A stretch of DNA of 64,000 bases, from positions 1,824,001-1,888,000 of the forward strand of contig OZ253665.1 in the NCBI GenBank assembly GCA_965263295.1, given 5' to 3'. Shown piece by piece: positions 29,242-38,594 of the stretch (position 1 is its first letter; each line of letters begins with the position of its first letter). The notes beneath the pieces are model-generated. The model saw only the letters and a list, made by a program, of their open reading frames with translations. It made no database searches and was not told where the DNA came from. Source of the stretch: Spirochaetia bacterium (GTDB taxonomy: Bacteria > Spirochaetota > Spirochaetia > SP-2023). The position numbers and the translations under genes are program-made.

Positions 29242-30972
29242 TTGTCGTTTAAGAGGAGAGCTATAAACTTGCGTCGGCTACTGCACATGCTGCAAAATGG
29301 TTTAGTGATTTTAATTTTGGCTTGGAGTCAGGGGACAGCCACTTTGCCGGCAGAGCAGACGGCAGGTTCCCAGACTGTTGACGGAGCCACCACGCACTCG
29401 GAGTCGTTGCCGGAGTCTGTGCAGCTTGCCGCAGAAACCGTAAAGCCAGCCATAAAGTCAATTGATGGACGTGGATTCCAGACAGCGCAGAGTTTGCAGC
29501 CTTATTCAGTCGCCGAGTTTCTGCCGACTGAGTCGCCAATATTTTACTGGGATATTAATCTCAAATATATCAATGATATGCATAACGGGAATTTGGTCAT
29601 TAGTATGGATGACCGTTATACCTATGGCGTGGAAAGCATCCTTGCCCTAAATAATTGGGAGCTGTTCTTTGGCTACCGCGCGTTGACAGACCGTTATGGC
29701 AGTAAAACCCGCACAGATGAAATGCAATTAGGCTTGCGCTATATTTGGGGCAATATTCTCAGTTGGCGACTGTGGCAAAATACTATGGGCCATTACAACC
29801 GCAGGCCAGATGCGCTCTACCGGCCCGATGAGCCTTTTTATCTTGGCCTCGCTCTGGCGGGCAGCTACTTTATGGCGGGCAATCTTTCGGGTCAGACAAT
29901 TCAGAATCAGCTACACGAACATAGTCGCGTTCCTAAGGTCTATGGTCAATATCTGGACAATTACAATGCCCTATCCTTGGCTGCTGAATTGTACTTTGCT
30001 TACACCTTTGATTTGCGATCTCTGTTGCCAACTTGGGAAATGCTCCGCCTTGAGCTGGGAGCTTCGGCGGCTGCCGAGACGGCTCTAGGGTACCACGAGA
30101 CCACACATTTGGGACTGCGGAGTAAGTTCTACAGTGGCAATCAGTACCTGCAGTTTGATTTCTACTTACAGCAGCTTGATTACTATGATGGTTTTGGTGG
30201 CTCAAACACGGTGGAAAAGATGTGGAGTGATACCCAAACTGCTTTTTGGCTATCTTTTAGTTCTCGCAGTGGCCTGTATCAACGGCGAGTGGATATGAGC
30301 CTGGGTAGCCTGAAACATTTGGACAACGAAGATTCCCAATCAAGCTATCCTTTTGGCTTTGGCAGCTTGGAACTGAGTTGGACCATGTTGCAGGAAAAGA
30401 AGGACTTCGTGCAGCCAGATTATTCCCAGTCATTGCTGATGGACTTCACCAATAATGGCTTAGTATTGGACCGCTTTGCTTTTTTCTTCTATTTGGCTGA
30501 TCGTATCCCCTCTGATTTTAGTATTCTTGCGATTCGCGATATTACAGGTGACCCTAAGCTTTTTGGAGGGAATAGTTTAGCTCGCAAAGCGGAAGCGGCC
30601 TGGCTGGGCATACTGGATTTCCGTAAGACATTCGACTTGAAGTGGTTTGGGTTTCTAGAATTGTATGCCGGCCTCGGTCCCGGGCTTATCACATTACAGT
30701 TTCCTACATCAATAGACCGAATATACCGCCGGCTTGACTCGCGGATTTCCTTGCAGTTTTTTACGATTGGAGGACAAGCCGGCTTGCGCTGGTATGGTTT
30801 GCAATTGCGTCGTGACGGAACTGTCTACGGCATTGAAGCTTCGATTCTAAGCCTGCTGCCTTTTAACGACATGGATAGCACAGTGCGCTTCGCCGAAACA
30901 AGGTTGCGCATTGATACTATGCAACCGCGCCTCTATTTTATGTTGGGGATATCTATTCTTACTGACTGGTAA
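29242..30972 (+). CDS. Hypothetical exported protein, possibly an outer-membrane beta-barrel
   Basis: Signal-like N-terminus, aromatic-rich amphipathic strands, C-terminal YFMLGISILTDW. Confidence 0.55.
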   Translation: MSFKRRAINLRRLLHMLQNGLVILILAWSQGTATLPAEQTAGSQTVDGATTHSESLPESVQLAAETVKPAIKSIDGRGFQTAQSLQPYSVAEFLPTESPIFYWDINLKYINDMHNGNLVISMDDRYTYGVESILALNNWELFFGYRALTDRYGSKTRTDEMQLGLRYIWGNILSWRLWQNTMGHYNRRPDALYRPDEPFYLGLALAGSYFMAGNLSGQTIQNQLHEHSRVPKVYGQYLDNYNALSLAAELYFAYTFDLRSLLPTWEMLRLELGASAAAETALGYHETTHLGLRSKFYSGNQYLQFDFYLQQLDYYDGFGGSNTVEKMWSDTQTAFWLSFSSRSGLYQRRVDMSLGSLKHLDNEDSQSSYPFGFGSLELSWTMLQEKKDFVQPDYSQSLLMDFTNNGLVLDRFAFFFYLADRIPSDFSILAIRDITGDPKLFGGNSLARKAEAAWLGILDFRKTFDLKWFGFLELYAGLGPGLITLQFPTSIDRIYRRLDSRISLQFFTIGGQAGLRWYGLQLRRDGTVYGIEASILSLLPFNDMDSTVRFAETRLRIDTMQPRLYFMLGISILTDW

Positions 30973-30980
30973 AACCGGGT

Positions 30981-31027
30981 AAAAAAAGCGGCGCAGTCCG
31001 ATGATATCGAAGTAGTGCCGCTCTTTC
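30981..31027. terminator. Hairpin between convergent genes (possibly bidirectional terminator)
   Basis: A7-GCGGCGC...GTGCCGCT-CTTTC. Confidence 0.55.
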
Positions 31028-31050
31028 TCCGATTGCGCATCTGTGTGGAA

Positions 31051-32238
31051 TTATTTTTCCAGCACTTTGACGCCAGGAAGATCTTTGCCTTCAAGGTACT
31101 CCAGTGAAGCACCACCACCAGTGGAAACGTGGCTCATCTTCTCTGCCAGGTTAAACTTGTTTACTGCGGCAACCGAGTCGCCACCGCCGATAACGGTAAT
31201 AGCTTTGCCATGCCGTTCTGCGACAGACTTGGCAATGGATGAAGTGCCCTCTGCAAACTGATCAAACTCAAAAACGCCTACCGGCCCATTCCAGATAATC
31301 ATCTTGGCTGCATCAATCTCATTTTTAAAGATCTCAATAGTTTTGGGACCGACGTCCATACCCATGAAGTCATCGGGGATATTGACATCGTCGATAACTT
31401 CGGCTTTGGCATTTTCGTCAAATTTGGCGGCTACTTTGTAATCTAACGGCAGCACAACCTTGACACCTTTGGCTTTCGCCTTGTCCAAGAATGACTTGGC
31501 CGTTTCCATGTAGTCTGCTTCAAACAGCGAAGTCCCAATGGTATTTCCCAAGACCTTGCTGAAAGTATAGGACATGCCACCACCGATAATGAAGGTATCA
31601 CAGACTTCTAAAAGTTTTTCCAGTACTGAAATCTTGGAGGAAACTTTAGCGCCGCCAATGATTGCCAGGCAAGGGTGTTCGGGACTAGTCAGGACCTTAT
31701 TGAAGAACTCACATTCTTTACTCATTAAGAAGCCTGCTGCCGCAGGAAGGTGGTGAGCCACGCCCTCTGTCGAAGCATGGGCACGGTGTGCGGAGCCAAA
31801 GGCATCATTGATGTAAAGGTCGCCCAAGGCCGCTAACTGCTTGGCAAAATCTGCGTCATTTTTGGTTTCAAGCTTGCCGTAATAACGGGTATTTTCCAGG
31901 AGTAGGATTTCACCGGCTTTCAGAGCTTGGGCCGCCGATTCGGCTTTGGGACCGACGGACTCCTCACAAAAATATACGGGAGCCCCAGATAATTCGGCTA
32001 GGCGAGCCTTGAGCTGGACTAGACTGAATTCTGGCTCTTTGGCTTCAGTTGGGCGTCCGAGATGACTCATCAGAATCAGTGCGGCTCCGTGCTCTAGCAC
32101 ATAATTGATAGAGGGCAATGCAGCGCGAATACGGGTGTCGTCGGTAATTTCTCCCGCCTTCAGAGGCACGTTGAAATCGACGCGCATCAATACGCGCTTG
32201 TCTTGCAGTGCCATTTCGGTAATTTTTTTAACAGCCAT
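31051..32238 (-). CDS. pgk: Phosphoglycerate kinase
   Basis: RVDFNVP, SHLGRP, LLENTR, GGAKV, HVSTGGGASLE. Confidence 0.98.
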   Translation of the reverse strand: MAVKKITEMALQDKRVLMRVDFNVPLKAGEITDDTRIRAALPSINYVLEHGAALILMSHLGRPTEAKEPEFSLVQLKARLAELSGAPVYFCEESVGPKAESAAQALKAGEILLLENTRYYGKLETKNDADFAKQLAALGDLYINDAFGSAHRAHASTEGVAHHLPAAAGFLMSKECEFFNKVLTSPEHPCLAIIGGAKVSSKISVLEKLLEVCDTFIIGGGMSYTFSKVLGNTIGTSLFEADYMETAKSFLDKAKAKGVKVVLPLDYKVAAKFDENAKAEVIDDVNIPDDFMGMDVGPKTIEIFKNEIDAAKMIIWNGPVGVFEFDQFAEGTSSIAKSVAERHGKAITVIGGGDSVAAVNKFNLAEKMSHVSTGGGASLEYLEGKDLPGVKVLEK

Positions 32239-32250
32239 GTAATATTCCCG

Positions 32251-33249
32251 TTATGCTAATTTCAAAGCCAAGTCAACTACACGGTTGGAGTAACCCCATT
32301 CATTGTCGTACCAAGAAATGACTTTGAAGAAACCTGGGCCTTTTTTCAGGGTTAACTCGGCATCAAAGATAGAGGAGTGGGTATTGCCGAAAATGTCACG
32401 TGAAACAATCGGGTCCGTTTCATATTGCAGGATACCTTTCATCGGGCCTTCGGCTGCAGTTTTGATTGCAGCGTTTAAATCCTCAATGGAAGGATCATCT
32501 TTCAGTTGCACGGTGAGGTCGACAACCGAACCGGTGGGAGTGGGGACACGCATGGCAAAGCCGTGCATTTTACCCTCTAGCTCAGGAATCACCTGGCTGA
32601 TGGCCTTAGCGGCTCCAGTCGATGTCGGGATGATCGACAAGGCAGCGGAACGGGCGCGGCGCAGGTCGGAGTGGGGCTGATCCAACAAGGCCTGGTCGTT
32701 GGTGTAGGAGTGGATGGTATTCATCAAACCGTGCTCAATCGTAAAATGATCGTTGATAACTTTGCTGATTGGAGCCAGACAGTTGGTCGTGCAAGAAGCA
32801 TTAGAGAAAGCCGTGTTGCTCAAGTTGATGGAACTGTCGTTGACGCCCATCACGATAGTTTGGTCAATGGTGTCTCCGGCGGGAACAGTCAGGATCACCT
32901 TCTTGGCGCCGGCCTTGATGTGGTCCTTGTAGCCGCCCTTTTCACTTTCAGCCTTGCGGAAAATACCGGTAGATTCAATGGCAATATCGACCCCAGACTG
33001 TCCCCAGGGAAGCTTGGCGGGACTGCGTTCCGCCAATACTTTGATCTCCTTGCCGTCGACGACAATGGCAGCATCTTTTGCTTCAACATTTTTGTTGTAG
33101 ACACCGTAGGCAGAATCATATTTCAACAGGTGAGCTAAAGTCTTGACATCCGTCAAATCATTGATGGCGACGACCTCAATACCACGGTCCAAAGCAATTT
33201 TAAATACGGCGCGACCAATGCGACCGAAACCGTTAATAGCGATCTTCAT
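32251..33249 (-). CDS. gap: Type I glyceraldehyde-3-phosphate dehydrogenase
   Basis: INGFGRIGR, ASCTTNCL, WYDNEWGYS. Confidence 0.98.
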   Translation of the reverse strand: MKIAINGFGRIGRAVFKIALDRGIEVVAINDLTDVKTLAHLLKYDSAYGVYNKNVEAKDAAIVVDGKEIKVLAERSPAKLPWGQSGVDIAIESTGIFRKAESEKGGYKDHIKAGAKKVILTVPAGDTIDQTIVMGVNDSSINLSNTAFSNASCTTNCLAPISKVINDHFTIEHGLMNTIHSYTNDQALLDQPHSDLRRARSAALSIIPTSTGAAKAISQVIPELEGKMHGFAMRVPTPTGSVVDLTVQLKDDPSIEDLNAAIKTAAEGPMKGILQYETDPIVSRDIFGNTHSSIFDAELTLKKGPGFFKVISWYDNEWGYSNRVVDLALKLA

Positions 33250-33311
33250 AAAAAGACCTCCTTATTCAGACTTCTATTTTTTTCAGCGACTCTAATGTTA
33301 CTGTCGATCAA

Positions 33312-33340
33312 ATTATATAGGAGCGAAAACGAATAGTCAA
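33312..33340 (-). promoter_or_regulatory. Sigma70 promoter of gap-pgk
   Basis: TTGACT-17 nt-TATAAT on the minus strand. Confidence 0.7.
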
Positions 33341-33561
33341 ATGCAATTTATTTTGCAAAATCAAGTAAAAAACCATATTTGCCTGTTTATATCCCTTATT
33401 ATTTGATTAATTTGACTAAACAATGAAAAATGGACTAAGCTTACAAATGTCATAAAATATAAACACCAAAGATTATGCAAGGTAAACAGAGTTGTATACC
33501 ACCGGACATCAAGGTTATCGGCAGTCAAGCCCCAAGGTGCAAAATATCACTAATAAATGTA

Positions 33562-35457
33562 CTAATCAATTAGATCTATTTGAGACTCCTTGGCAGGCGG
33601 GATAACTAAACGCCAGCCGGGATGAATCAGGCTGGGAATACGGATTAAGTTTTTATTACGCTGATAGATACGTTTCCACTGGAAGGGGTCGCCGTAGATA
33701 TCGGCATAGCCGGCAATGCGCCATAGACAATCTTCTGGTTTGACTTTGCGCACGGTGTAGTAGCCGAAAATGGCATACTGTACGTTGTATTGGTCAACTA
33801 GGCGGGCGGCTTCTTCAAAGTAGTGCTGGGCCTTGGGAAGCTCGTTTTTATTGCGGGCCTGTACGCCATTTTCCCAACTGCTAATAGCTTGTTTCAATAG
33901 TAGTTGGGCATCGCTGAGTAAAGCTTGCTTGCCTGTTTGTAAACCGTCATCGCTGACATACTGCGCAGACTCCTGAAGAGCGGTATCTCGACCCGAGATC
34001 GTTTGTGACTCGGGTTCTTCCTGACTATATATGGTTGCGTTGTCAGCCGTTTCTGTCTGTGATTCGGATAGCGGGATAAAATCGTCGCCCTCCGCTGTGC
34101 CAGGAGTTGAATTTGGGGTCTGTGAATCGTGGGGAGAATTTGAGACTTGACTCCCTTCAAATGGATTTCCTTCGCGGGAGTTCTCTCCATCAAAGGCATT
34201 TTTGTCGGGCGTCGACGACATATTAGAATCCCCCAAAGATTGGGTAATCGCATTGATCTGCCAGCTGGCCGTAAAACTTTGGGCCTGAGCCATCAGCGAT
34301 AGATGATGATCTTGCAATTCCGGCTGCGCCAGTAAAGACAGGGTGGGGCCGATATCCCCCCCTGCTTGACTCGTTTGCGGGGAGGCATCGGGCACAGTGG
34401 AAGGAAAGAAGTCGGCGCTGACTTGCGGTTCTTGCAGTTCGGACTCGTCGCGTGGCCGTTGACCACTCGGCTCCGCGCTGTCGATTTCTAGCAATGGATG
34501 CTCGCGCAAATAGGCATCGCCGCTCCAAGGCTCAATATCCAATTCATTGCCCTCTGAATCAATGACTTTGCGCTTGGACGCTGTCTCTAGACGTTTTTGG
34601 ATGCTTTTTAACAGGGTATCAATTTTACCGGGATCGAGGGCCCCAGAATGGCGCAATGCCTCGCTCAGGTAGTAACGGGCATCGTAGAGGTCTTGCTCCA
34701 TACTCTGCATGTCGCCGCGTGCGTGATGTTCTATAGCGCTCTCGTAAGCATTGCGGCCTTGTTGTTCCAGCTCTGCAGATTCGCCTGCCAAGTCTTGGCG
34801 ACTAGCTTCTCCCTGCAGGCCGGCGACTTCCTGGCGCAATTGATCCAGCCAATCCAGGTTAGCTGCCAGGGCGCCAACTACGGCATCGACATTAGGAATT
34901 ATCGACTGATAGAGGTCCAGAGATTCTTCGTTATCGCCGCTCTGAATTTGATCGCGTAGCTGCCGAAGTAGCTCGCGCGAACGGGCATCGTATTCGGGCA
35001 TATACAAAGAGGCATTCAGTTCGTCCAGGTCGGTTTCGTAATTATCAATAGTCTGGAGCCAAAGGTCGCGGGATTTCCCCACGGCTTCATTATAAGCCTG
35101 GTTTGCCTTGTCGATGGCAGACAAGTACTGTGCTCGTTGAGCCCCTTCGTCTTGCCCCGGGTCTTTTTCCTGAGCGTTGCGCAAATCCAGATAAGCTTCG
35201 TCGAGCAGCTTGGGGCTAATCTCTGCGGCACCGGCCGCCTCGGCGCGAGCGATGGCACCTTTGGCCTTTTCTTCTAAACTTTGTAATTTGTCGTTGTCAG
35301 CACTCTGTTCCTGGACGACAGGCTCTACTGCGGGCTTACTGGCACAGGAATATGGCAATCCAATCAATATAAGCGCAAACAGTAAAGAATAAAATACTTG
35401 TTTTTTCATGATATGAAGAGCGACAATCATCGAACGTAAACTGTCGAAGAAATACAT
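33562..35457 (-). CDS. Lipoprotein with helical region and C-terminal LysM domain (BB0323-like)
   Basis: Lipobox LPYS|C; C-terminal YTV..EDCLWRIAG..YGDPFQWKRIY..N..LI.P.LIHPGWRLVIP. Confidence 0.8.
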   Translation of the reverse strand: MYFFDSLRSMIVALHIMKKQVFYSLLFALILIGLPYSCASKPAVEPVVQEQSADNDKLQSLEEKAKGAIARAEAAGAAEISPKLLDEAYLDLRNAQEKDPGQDEGAQRAQYLSAIDKANQAYNEAVGKSRDLWLQTIDNYETDLDELNASLYMPEYDARSRELLRQLRDQIQSGDNEESLDLYQSIIPNVDAVVGALAANLDWLDQLRQEVAGLQGEASRQDLAGESAELEQQGRNAYESAIEHHARGDMQSMEQDLYDARYYLSEALRHSGALDPGKIDTLLKSIQKRLETASKRKVIDSEGNELDIEPWSGDAYLREHPLLEIDSAEPSGQRPRDESELQEPQVSADFFPSTVPDASPQTSQAGGDIGPTLSLLAQPELQDHHLSLMAQAQSFTASWQINAITQSLGDSNMSSTPDKNAFDGENSREGNPFEGSQVSNSPHDSQTPNSTPGTAEGDDFIPLSESQTETADNATIYSQEEPESQTISGRDTALQESAQYVSDDGLQTGKQALLSDAQLLLKQAISSWENGVQARNKNELPKAQHYFEEAARLVDQYNVQYAIFGYYTVRKVKPEDCLWRIAGYADIYGDPFQWKRIYQRNKNLIRIPSLIHPGWRLVIPPAKESQIDLID

Positions 35458-35741
35458 AGAGGACTCCTTGGATCACAATCTAGTTATTTAGTTTGCAAAA
35501 TTTTATGCCAACTACTGGCATGTATTATTTTACTGCACGATACGATTATAAACTATATCCTATATATGGCAGAATGAATACGGCAACAGCACCTTAATTT
35601 TCTACATTTGTTAGAACCTGAACAATTCCAGCTGAGCAGGCCATTACAACGCGACAACGCGACAGCTGGCACATTAAGAGGCGCATTTCAATCAAGTTTG
35701 TCAGGTTACCCATTTGCCCATGTAAACAGCCAAAAAATTAA

Positions 35742-35770
35742 TTGCTTTTGTGGTAATTAAATTATAAAAT
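35742..35770 (+). promoter_or_regulatory. Sigma70-type promoter for the PHP-ATPase operon
   Basis: TTGCTT-17 nt-TAAAAT. Confidence 0.5.
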
Positions 35771-35933
35771 CAGCTTGCTGTAGAAATTACATGAAATCTT
35801 AAGGCGAGCCAAATGGCTGCAAGCGAGGCTATTTTACTTGGGGTGCTGGGAGTCCCTGCCAGGCTTGGGAGGGGACGCCCAGCCCAGCCATTGATTTAAC
35901 GAAAAATTGGTGAAAGCACAGGAGCTTAAATAG

Positions 35934-38594
35934 ATGCCAACTGAGCATGGATACTTGATATTTGAAAATGGTTCCAAATGGTTAAAAGCAGATTTCCACT
36001 TACATACGAGAGCGGATAAAGAATTCGTGTATGATGAAAATAACGCTGGATATCCTTCTGAAAATACCTTTCCAGCTGCTTACATTGCTCAATTGAAAGA
36101 GCAAAATATTAATCTGGGCGTTATCACCAACCACAATAAGTTTGATTATAAAGAATTTAAGGCTCTTCAAAAGAAAGCCAAGAGAGAAGAGATATTCTTG
36201 CTGCCTGGTGTCGAACTCTCTGTAAATGATGGGGCAAATGGAATCCATACTTTGATTATTTTCTCTGATGAATGGATTGCCGATAGTAATGATTATATCA
36301 ATCCTTTTATTGCTACAATGTTTCCCGGTAAATCGGCTTCTGAATACCAAGATGAGAATGGGAGAAGTGATAAAAATATTCTGCAAGTTGTCGAAGAATT
36401 AGAAAAGACAAATAGAGATTATTTTCTGGTTTTTGCACATGTAGAACAGCGAAGTGGCTTATGGCAAGAAATGGCAGGAGGAAAATTAAGCGATTTTGCT
36501 TCAGATCGCTATGCTGCCGTCAGAAATCGCACATTGGGATTTCAAAAGGTCAGGAGCAAAGATAAGCGTGGTCAAGTAAGAGAATTTCTCGGCAACTGGT
36601 ATCCAGCTGAATTAGAAGGCTCAGACTGCAAGTCAATAGATGAAATCGGAACAAAAAAGGGAGAGACATGGCTTAAAATTGGAGATTTTTCTTTTGAAGC
36701 CCTTAAATATGCTTTGAAAGATTTCTCAAGCCGGGTTAGACCATCAGAACCAGAAAGATATAAACATTCATATATAAAAAATATTTCGTTTGAAGGAGGT
36801 GTTTTAAATGGGCATTCCATCCCCTTTTCTCCAGAATTAAATACGCTTATTGGCATTCGGGGAAGCGGAAAATCATCCATACTGGAAGCAATACGCTATG
36901 TTCTCAATATCCCTCTGGAAGAAAAAGCAACCGATATTGAATATAAAAATCGTTTAATCCAACATACACTGGGCAGTGGTGGTAAAGCTATAGTAACAGC
37001 CATTGATCAATATGGACTAGAATTTCAGATAAAACGGATTCTAAATGAATTTCCGCAAGTATATGTTAATGACAAGTTGCAGCCCGGTGTTTCCATAGGT
37101 GAAACCATTATCAATAATCCTATATATTTTGGTCAAAAAGATCTCTCCTCAAGTGGTGAAGGCTTTGAGAAAGACCTGGTCGAAAAACTTGTCGGTAAAA
37201 ATTTATATGATTTGCGACGAAGAATTGAAGAACAAAAACAAGTAGTTGCGGACCAAGTATCCAAACTGCGTAAGATTTCCAATATTGATGAACTGATAAG
37301 AGAAAACACTCAGAAGAGAGAAGATACTCAATTCAGACTCAAAAAGTTTGCTCAATATGGAATAGAGGAAAAGTTAAAAAAACAGACAGATTTCAATGCG
37401 GATGATCGCAAATTGCAAAAGATACTAGCTGATATAAAGCGTTTTATTGAAGGCATTGATACCCTTTTGGAAGAGAATGAGGATACTATCAAAAATAATA
37501 TTGAGTATAAATCAGCCCAGAATCAGGATTTCTTTGCAGGATTCTTTGAAATATACGATGCTATCGTAACTATTGTTGATAATATCAAAAGTAAAAAAAT
37601 AGTAGCTGATAAGGCTTTAAATTCAATGCAAGACAAATACTCTGGTTTTCAGGCTCTCAGTAAAAAGTTTACCGATGAGTTTGCCCAGACAAGAAGAGAC
37701 ATAGAAGCCGAACTAAAATCTACAGGGGCTGAAGCAATAAACCTTGAAGAATATCCAGAGTTAAAAAGAAAAATTGCTACGGCAAGTAATATGCTGGTTG
37801 CTTTGAAAAAAGAGCAAGAGAACAAAACATCTCTACAAAATAAGCTAAGTCAGGCTTTATCCTGCTTAAATGACCTGTGGCTTAAAGAGTTTGAACAGAT
37901 AAAAAAGCTGTTGGATTCAATGAATAACAGAAACTCAGCCCTAAGGATTGAGATAAAATATAAAGGTGACAAAAAAGGTTTTGGGGATTTTTTCAAAAAC
38001 ACATTTAGAGGCAGCAACATTAGAGTTAAGACATTTGATGGATTAGTGGATTCTTATCCAGACTTTGGTGCTATATATAAAGATTTGGAGCAGGCTAAAA
38101 CCATGGCAGGCTCCTCTCCCGAAACATTTGAGCAGTATTTCATGGAAAATCTTGGGACCCTGCTGACCTATCAGGTAGAAAATAAATTTTCTATATATTA
38201 TCGTGATAAGGAGCTGCAGCATCATTCTTTAGGACAGCGAGCCTCCGCGCTAATACTTTTTATCCTCAATCGACAAGACAATGCTTTGATTATTGTTGAT
38301 CAGCCCGAGGATGACCTGGATAATCAAACGATTTATGCCGATGTAATCAAATTAATCAGAGATTTAAAGCCTGGCATCCAGTTTATATTGGCTACCCATA
38401 ATGCGAATTTTCCGGTACTTGGTGATGCAGAACAGATTATTGCATGTAAATATAGTGACGAAAAAATTGAGAATAAAATCGGAAGTATAGATGCAGCTAT
38501 TATGCAAAAAGAAATCGTTGACATAATGGAAGGTGGTGAAGATGCTTTTAATCGGCGTAAAGAGATATACGGAATATGGAAACCTCAGAACTAA
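35934..38594 (+). CDS. PHP-phosphoesterase / ABC-type (SMC-like) ATPase fusion, Ppl-like architecture
   Basis: N-terminal ADFHLHT, ITNHN, PGVEL, IHTL, AHVE, GSD; Walker A GIRGSGKSS; long coiled coil; SLGQR signature; VDQPEDDLDN; ATHNAN. Confidence 0.85.
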   Translation: MPTEHGYLIFENGSKWLKADFHLHTRADKEFVYDENNAGYPSENTFPAAYIAQLKEQNINLGVITNHNKFDYKEFKALQKKAKREEIFLLPGVELSVNDGANGIHTLIIFSDEWIADSNDYINPFIATMFPGKSASEYQDENGRSDKNILQVVEELEKTNRDYFLVFAHVEQRSGLWQEMAGGKLSDFASDRYAAVRNRTLGFQKVRSKDKRGQVREFLGNWYPAELEGSDCKSIDEIGTKKGETWLKIGDFSFEALKYALKDFSSRVRPSEPERYKHSYIKNISFEGGVLNGHSIPFSPELNTLIGIRGSGKSSILEAIRYVLNIPLEEKATDIEYKNRLIQHTLGSGGKAIVTAIDQYGLEFQIKRILNEFPQVYVNDKLQPGVSIGETIINNPIYFGQKDLSSSGEGFEKDLVEKLVGKNLYDLRRRIEEQKQVVADQVSKLRKISNIDELIRENTQKREDTQFRLKKFAQYGIEEKLKKQTDFNADDRKLQKILADIKRFIEGIDTLLEENEDTIKNNIEYKSAQNQDFFAGFFEIYDAIVTIVDNIKSKKIVADKALNSMQDKYSGFQALSKKFTDEFAQTRRDIEAELKSTGAEAINLEEYPELKRKIATASNMLVALKKEQENKTSLQNKLSQALSCLNDLWLKEFEQIKKLLDSMNNRNSALRIEIKYKGDKKGFGDFFKNTFRGSNIRVKTFDGLVDSYPDFGAIYKDLEQAKTMAGSSPETFEQYFMENLGTLLTYQVENKFSIYYRDKELQHHSLGQRASALILFILNRQDNALIIVDQPEDDLDNQTIYADVIKLIRDLKPGIQFILATHNANFPVLGDAEQIIACKYSDEKIENKIGSIDAAIMQKEIVDIMEGGEDAFNRRKEIYGIWKPQN

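Noticed and set aside
35495..35511. Sigma54-like TTGGCAT...TTGCA upstream of the LysM lipoprotein gene
   Set aside because: The GG-to-GC spacing is 11 nt rather than the required 10.
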